In this document: positions 58,510 to 64,000 of the stretch, piece by piece
How the letters are laid out: each line of letters opens with the position of its first letter
Position numbering within the stretch: the stretch's first letter is position 1
DNA from: Lachnospiraceae bacterium
GTDB lineage: Bacteria; Bacillota; Clostridia; Lachnospirales; Lachnospiraceae
Reading direction: 5' to 3'
Length of the DNA: 64,000 nucleotides
Assembly: GCA_015057945.1 (NCBI GenBank)
Contig: SVDD01000007.1
Coordinates: 26,830-90,829, forward strand
Notes under the pieces: model-generated
Seen by the model: the letters and a program-made list of their open reading frames with translations, nothing else
The model's database searches: none
Told to the model about the DNA's origin: nothing
Translations under genes and position numbers: made by a program

Positions 58510-58789
58510 AAAAGCCGTTCTTGTCAGAAACAGGACAGGTGTTCACAGGGATAGTGAACGCCTGTCTTTTTTTGCGCGAAAATCAGTATACACCGATACC
58601 TGTCCTATAAAGTTATGCATCGCCCTGAAAGACAAGTCAAAATATCCTTATTTTTTCCAAAATACGTGAATATTTTTTAAAATAGGTATTATTTTTATTT
58701 AAATCTGCCGATAGAAAGTATGTGATTTACAGTGAAGGTGTCTTGCGTTTAATTATACAATCCACCCTCATCATTTTCAGGAGGTTTCT

Positions 58790-59884
58790 ATGCAAAGTAA
58801 AGTAGGCTATAGTTCAAATCATGATGCTAGGTCCGCTGTTGAGGAAGCAACTCGTGATATATCCAACCCTATCGGTCTTATCATCATGACTGATCATGAT
58901 CGCCTTGCCGAGATATCGGCACTCCTTAAAAAGAAATATCCCAGAGCACAGTCTATCGGTGTCAGCGGCATAAACTATTACAATACACAGTATTCCGATC
59001 ACAATCTTGTCGTAACAGCGATTACCGGTGATGCAGTGCTCGATGCCGGCGTGATGAGATTTCTTTCAACCTGCCCGGCCGCAGACATTGCCTCACTAAA
59101 GGATAGTATCCGTGTTGTAAACGGAAACAGAGAGAATACAGTCCTTCTTGAATATTGCACAAATGATGAAGAGCGTCTCACAACAACACTCAACATCGCA
59201 CTGGGAGAAACCGGAATTCATGTGGTCGGCGGTACGGAGTTCGGTTATGCTGCCAATGCCACACCTGCTGTCACTGTAAACGGACAGCTTTATCCCGATG
59301 CCTGTGCATATATGCTCATCAAGAACACCAGCGGAAAAGTAAGAGTTTATTCTGAAATTGCGTACGGAGCTATGGATGGTCACCCTATGCACAAGGTAAC
59401 CAAAGTAAACCTTAAGGATAAGCAGGTATTTGAAGTTGACCACCGTCCCGTTGCCAATGTCTACAGCAATGAGATGCAGGTGCCCGTGGACAAGGTTGTT
59501 GACAGCGTTCTTGAACACCCCTTCGGTCGTATAGTAGGTGATCAGGTATTCATCGCATCACAGAAGGAATTAAAGGACGGAAACTCATTGACATTTTTTA
59601 AGAGACTCAATGTAAACGATGCAGTATCCATTCTCCAGTTAAACGATTATGATGCCATTAACAAAGAAACCGTCAGGGATATCCTGTCGGAAGGCAGCAA
59701 GCCTTCGCTTCTCATATCCGTAAACTGCATATACAGATATCTGCTGTATACCGGTAATGGCTTTTTCGGAACACTTCTTCAGAATATGGCTTCGTTGGGA
59801 CCGCACATCGGAAACATCGGAGGCGGTGAACAGGTAGATAACCAGCATGTAAACCAGACCATGGTCGTTGCCGTATTTGATTGA
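58790..59884 (+). CDS. FIST_N/FIST_C sensory domain protein
   Basis: VVGGT, EVDHRPVANVY, HPFGR, VNCIYR and GEQ...HVNQT motifs of FIST proteins; no TM. Confidence 0.85.
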   Translation: MQSKVGYSSNHDARSAVEEATRDISNPIGLIIMTDHDRLAEISALLKKKYPRAQSIGVSGINYYNTQYSDHNLVVTAITGDAVLDAGVMRFLSTCPAADIASLKDSIRVVNGNRENTVLLEYCTNDEERLTTTLNIALGETGIHVVGGTEFGYAANATPAVTVNGQLYPDACAYMLIKNTSGKVRVYSEIAYGAMDGHPMHKVTKVNLKDKQVFEVDHRPVANVYSNEMQVPVDKVVDSVLEHPFGRIVGDQVFIASQKELKDGNSLTFFKRLNVNDAVSILQLNDYDAINKETVRDILSEGSKPSLLISVNCIYRYLLYTGNGFFGTLLQNMASLGPHIGNIGGGEQVDNQHVNQTMVVAVFD

Positions 59885-59899
59885 TAAGGAGGATATACG

Positions 59900-60856
59900 A
59901 TGTTTGCATTTGGAAAAAATAATCAGGATACCTCAAGCGTTTCCTCAGGCAGATCCTTCCGTGCGGACGAACTCGAGGGCCTGCGTTCTATAGGTGAATA
60001 TGCTCTCAAGCAGAAAATGCTGCTTCAGAATGAGGAGACCAAGACCTCTGATGATCTTCAGGGCATTCAGGATTCCTTCGACATAGTGCGTCAGAAATCC
60101 GATGATATTTCCGATTCAGTAAGCTCTTTCCAGACCCAGTTTTCAAGGGTTCAGGAGATCGTGGACAGATTTGACAGCATCATCTCCAAGATGGCATCTA
60201 CCGTCAATGAATCTCACAACAGTATGGACATGGTCAGAGAGAAGTCAAATGACGTTTATGAGACCATTTCAGCCGTTGAGCAGGTTTTTGAAGAGTTCCA
60301 GAAGAGCTTCGCCGAAATTTCAAAGAACGTGGGAGCCATCAACAGAATAGCCAGCCAGACAAACCTCCTCGCTATCAATGCTTCCATTGAGGCGGCTCGT
60401 GCCGGACAGGCAGGAAAGGGCTTCGCAGTTGTTGCCACAGAGGTAAACAAGCTTTCCAAGAACATACAGGAGATCGTTGGTTCCATCGACAGAAGCATGA
60501 ACGATCTTAATTCAAATAACCTTAAGCTAAAGGATGCCATCATCAATACCAGAGCAGCTATCAACGAGTCCCAGACTCAGGTCAATGAGACCGATGCGGT
60601 TGTTGACAGCATCAACGCTGTTTCGGATGACATCGCAAACGGCAACAAGGAGATGCTTCAGGTATTTGATGACTGCAACAGAAACATTAACATGGTCGCT
60701 GCAAATGTCAGAGACTCCGCAGTTTACTACGATAAGGTTGAAGCCGATATCCAGACCATGATGACCAACATCACAAAGAAAGGCTTCGTTTTCGAGGATC
60801 TGAACAATGCTCTCGAGCAGATCGAGCCTCTGGTATCAAGAATGAACAACAGATGA
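59900..60856 (+). CDS. Soluble methyl-accepting chemotaxis protein (signalling domain only)
   Basis: [36 protein letters not shown] hairpin; no TM segment. Confidence 0.92.
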   Translation: MFAFGKNNQDTSSVSSGRSFRADELEGLRSIGEYALKQKMLLQNEETKTSDDLQGIQDSFDIVRQKSDDISDSVSSFQTQFSRVQEIVDRFDSIISKMASTVNESHNSMDMVREKSNDVYETISAVEQVFEEFQKSFAEISKNVGAINRIASQTNLLAINASIEAARAGQAGKGFAVVATEVNKLSKNIQEIVGSIDRSMNDLNSNNLKLKDAIINTRAAINESQTQVNETDAVVDSINAVSDDIANGNKEMLQVFDDCNRNINMVAANVRDSAVYYDKVEADIQTMMTNITKKGFVFEDLNNALEQIEPLVSRMNNR

Positions 60857-60880
60857 TAAAAATGAACAACAGGTGATAAA
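60841..60880. repeat. 20-bp tandem duplication spanning the MCP stop codon
   Basis: AATGAACAACAGATGATAAA AATGAACAACAGGTGATAAA. Confidence 0.8.
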
Positions 60881-61168
60881 GCGGATGCACCCTAACATCC
60901 ACTCTTTCATAAATATTTATACCCCTTCTTTAATAGCCCGCGGCGCAGAGCTGCGGGCTATATCCTCGTGAACGGATATTTCTTCTTTTGTAATCATTTC
61001 TAAAACAACTTCTATTTTTTTATTTTTTATTTGATGTTATATTAATTAAGAACTAATCCGTATGAACCGCCTGGTATAGACCATGTGTGTCTGCGAAAAA
61101 CTGTGTGCGTGTAAAGGTCCGTTATGAGACTTAGACGCTCACGCCATTAGTATAGGAGGATAGATATT

Positions 61169-62830
61169 ATGAGTAGAAAACATTTATCCGGAATGGCTCT
61201 TGCCATGTCTGTGGCTCTTTTGGTTTCAGGCTGCGGATCACAGACCACTCCGGAGATTCCGGAATCCACAACAGCGGAAACAGCTCAAGAAACAACTGCT
61301 GCCGAAGAGACCACGGCTGCCGCTGAAACGAAAGCACCGGAAGCTTCCGACACCGTCGAACAGCTCAGCTATGACCGTAAGTACAATTTCGATTATATTT
61401 ACAAGGATCCTGATGCAGGGTCTGACTCAAGGCTTATTGCCATAGGTCATTACCCTTCAATTAATCTTGGATTCTTCGAGGACGGAGAATTCCTGGAGTA
61501 TCAGGGTCTCTATGAAAAGCTGTCCGACGCCCTTTCAAGCTACAATCAGGACAAACAGGATGCCTTTAAGACCTTTACAGACGAGTGCAGAGAGGTTGCA
61601 GAGAACGACGATAACTTTGAAAAGGATACAGAGGACTCATACGAATACTATTATTCTGTTGACATGGATACTCTGGTCACACGTTCCGACGATGTTGTGT
61701 TCAGTATCTTTGATACCATATACACCAACATGATGGGACCTCATCCAAACACAAGCTTTGATTGCCGCAACATTGATTCAAAGACAGGAGAAGTCCTGAA
61801 GATTTCAGATGTTGTAACTGACAAGGATGCTTTCATTGATGCCCTTGACAAAAAACTTCACGAGGATTATCCCGATCTTGACAGAGAACTGTTCGATCCG
61901 GATCTCAAGGGCACCCTCAGCGATATGTATGATGAGATAGACGGTATGTCACTTACATATAATCTCACCTATGATTCACTCGTTGTAAGTTTTGCAGCTT
62001 ATGAGCTCGCACCATACGCTGTTGGACCTAAGGAGGCCGTACTCAGTTTTGAGGATTACAAGGATCTGATTGACCCTCGTTTCACCAAAACAGCAGATAA
62101 CTATGCATTTGAAGTGAGCATGAGCACACCTTACAGCTTCAAGACAGCCGATGGATCCGTAAAGGCACTTAAGGTTGATTGTGAGACTGCACAGGGCGAA
62201 TACATGGATGATTGCTATGACCTCACTATTTCACTTAACGGCAAGGAATTTAAGGATACCATCATGTATACCTATGGTGTAAGTCCTTACCTTATGTACG
62301 AGAACGGCAAGGCTTTCCTCTATGTACGCAGCAAATCCGACAATGATTACGAATTCACAAGCATCTATGACCTGAACGGCGAAAAGGCCAGAAAGGTAGA
62401 GGATAGTATGGATGGATCTTTCTATTCAACAACTCCTTCTGACCCTGAGGACTTCATCATGTACACAAGATCCGCTCTTTTAAGCACCTTCACTATTTTC
62501 CGTCATTACGAGCTTGATTCGGACGGAAGACCTCAGCCGAAGACAGAAGAGTGGTGGATCAAGACTGACAATGAGCTCACTCTTAAGAAGGATCTGACCC
62601 TTAGTGTGATGGATGAACTTACAAGTGATGGAATTGATAACGGAAAGGATGAGAAGCTTTCAAAGGGAACTGTCCTTAAGCCAAAGCGCACCAATGGTTC
62701 TGCCTGGGTTGACGCCGAAACAGAGGACGGAAGATATGCCCGTATCTATATTGACAATTCCGACTGGCCTCAGACTGTAGACGGTACAGATATCGAAGAG
62801 CTCTTCGACGGAATCATCTTTGCAGGCTAA
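61169..62830 (+). CDS. Lipoprotein with a DUF3298/PdaC-RsiV-like domain
   Basis: Lipobox LVSGC, Thr/Glu/Ala linker, YTNMMGPHPN, NIDSKTGEVLKISDV, F.AYELAPYAVG motifs. Confidence 0.7.
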   Translation: MSRKHLSGMALAMSVALLVSGCGSQTTPEIPESTTAETAQETTAAEETTAAAETKAPEASDTVEQLSYDRKYNFDYIYKDPDAGSDSRLIAIGHYPSINLGFFEDGEFLEYQGLYEKLSDALSSYNQDKQDAFKTFTDECREVAENDDNFEKDTEDSYEYYYSVDMDTLVTRSDDVVFSIFDTIYTNMMGPHPNTSFDCRNIDSKTGEVLKISDVVTDKDAFIDALDKKLHEDYPDLDRELFDPDLKGTLSDMYDEIDGMSLTYNLTYDSLVVSFAAYELAPYAVGPKEAVLSFEDYKDLIDPRFTKTADNYAFEVSMSTPYSFKTADGSVKALKVDCETAQGEYMDDCYDLTISLNGKEFKDTIMYTYGVSPYLMYENGKAFLYVRSKSDNDYEFTSIYDLNGEKARKVEDSMDGSFYSTTPSDPEDFIMYTRSALLSTFTIFRHYELDSDGRPQPKTEEWWIKTDNELTLKKDLTLSVMDELTSDGIDNGKDEKLSKGTVLKPKRTNGSAWVDAETEDGRYARIYIDNSDWPQTVDGTDIEELFDGIIFAG

Positions 62831-63009
62831 TGTATAAGTACAGCCTCCATGACTGATGCCTAAGATGATGAAATACCGGATACTCTTCAGGCTAATGTCT
62901 CCACAGGAAGCACAATAATTAACATTATTTAGAAAAAATTTTACATGGTATTAAAAAGCTGTCCTTTTATCATTATAAAAGGACAGTTTTTTTATTATGG
63001 GAGGAAGTA

Positions 63010-63819
63010 ATGAATATTTCTATATACAACGATTGGGATCATATCCCTAAATACACGGCGGAAGGACAGGATGAAGCAGTACTGTCCTTTGACGGTGAGT
63101 ACAGAAAGGGAGATGTGATACATATTTACGGCCTTGAGCCCGGAAGATTCTATGTCATGCAGCTTGATGCCGTACTGACCCCGTCAGTGGTTTACATAAC
63201 CAAAGAGGAGCTTCTTTATCCGATTCCCTTTTATGAGAAGAAGGAGAACCTTAATCCCCTTACCTTCTACGGAAACCGCCATGTAGTACGCATCAGAAAA
63301 GCAGAAAAACATGAGGTCATGATATACAGAAATCTCTCGGAGAACAGCTTTGATCCCCATGACGATACAGGTGTATATCCCCATGCCAGCGCCAACATCG
63401 AAACCCGCGGCGAATCTGTTTTTGCTGCCGCCAATGCCATAAACGGAAACATTGCCCACGGCTCCCACGGAGAGTGGCCCTACGAATCCTGGGGTATAAA
63501 CTGCAGAGATGACGCAGAGTTCCGTCTTGATTTCGGCCGTCCCGTAAACATCCGGGAAATCCGTATATATGAGCGCTGCGACTTTCCTCATGACAACTGG
63601 TGGACAGAGGGAACCGTCAGCTTTTCAAACGGAAAAAGGGAGATACTCAAGCTTGAAAAGCGGGAGGACGGAAGCGCTCAGAGATTTATGATAACAGAGG
63701 ACAATGTCACATGGCTCACTCTGGGAAACCTTATCAAGTCACAGGACCCAAGTCCATTCCCGGCACTTACCCAGATACAGGTGTTCGGAACGGAGGCATC
63801 CGGGACTGAATGGCGTTAA
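63010..63819 (+). CDS. Putative carbohydrate-binding protein (galactose-binding/F5-8-like C-terminal fold)
   Basis: FAAANAING, FRLDFGRPVNIREIRIY, ALTQIQVFG beta-sandwich pattern; GGAGG RBS. Confidence 0.6.
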   Translation: MNISIYNDWDHIPKYTAEGQDEAVLSFDGEYRKGDVIHIYGLEPGRFYVMQLDAVLTPSVVYITKEELLYPIPFYEKKENLNPLTFYGNRHVVRIRKAEKHEVMIYRNLSENSFDPHDDTGVYPHASANIETRGESVFAAANAINGNIAHGSHGEWPYESWGINCRDDAEFRLDFGRPVNIREIRIYERCDFPHDNWWTEGTVSFSNGKREILKLEKREDGSAQRFMITEDNVTWLTLGNLIKSQDPSPFPALTQIQVFGTEASGTEWR

Positions 63820-63878
63820 GCATCTAACCCACTTTTGTGCGAGCACAAGTGGGTGAGATACTTATGACACTTATATCA
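63820..63878 (+). mobile_element. Right-hand fragment of the 182-bp element
   Basis: CCACTTTTGTGC.AGCACAAGTGG...ACTTATGACACTTATATCA. Confidence 0.8.
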
Positions 63879-63922
63879 TATATAACTTAATCAAAGAAAA
63901 CCGACTTTACATAGGAGCTGTT

Positions 63923-64000
63923 ATGACTTCATCTAAACAAAATAATACCTGCCTGGAAATATCACAGGATCTTTCAGACTTCGATCCGCTATGTCTTCCG
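63923..64000 (+). CDS. Start of a CDS running out of the window (MTSSKQNNTCLEISQ...)
   Basis: AGGAG RBS followed by ATG 63923; frame open to the window end. Confidence 0.55.
   Translation, partial: MTSSKQNNTCLEISQDLSDFDPLCLP

Noticed and set aside
60841-60880. 20-bp duplication over the MCP stop codon as a functional switch
   Set aside because: Both copies carry in-frame stops, so the protein is unchanged; likely neutral slippage or an assembly artefact.
61040-61160. Possible structured leader before the lipoprotein gene
   Set aside because: No match to a riboswitch consensus I know and no convincing terminator.
434-63591. Numerous long antisense or overlapping ORFs (e.g. 710-1102, 13466-14062, 29575-30255, 46130-46753)
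   Set aside because: They are shadows of well-supported genes, with no RBS and no recognisable motifs.

Overview
Chromosomal window from a Clostridia-type Firmicute, most likely a Lachnospiraceae member (inferred from gene content, sigma-A promoters and codon style). It mixes a core translation block (rimP-nusA-rnpM-ylxQ-infB-rbfA-nrnA-truB/ribF-rpsO-pnp-gltX, plus pyrG and hflKC) with accessory signalling and envelope genes. The accessory set includes two OmpR-type two-component systems, a hybrid kinase, an SLH/MacAB-like exporter, an FHA-ABC exporter, a HigBA-type toxin-antitoxin pair, a FIST + soluble MCP pair, an FMN riboswitch with an ECF S component, and three tRNA-Pro genes. Four observations stand out. 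(1) One tRNA-Pro has an AGG (A34) anticodon. (2) A 182-bp non-coding element with terminal inverted repeats occurs as 4 full-length and about 7 divergent, partial or miniature copies; some have target-site duplications, and its hairpins show compensatory changes. (3) TruB and RibF are encoded in one reading frame. (4) RimP has lost its C-terminal domain. No CRISPR-cas locus, transposase, integrase or prophage was found. All product calls come from motif recognition by eye, not from database searches.
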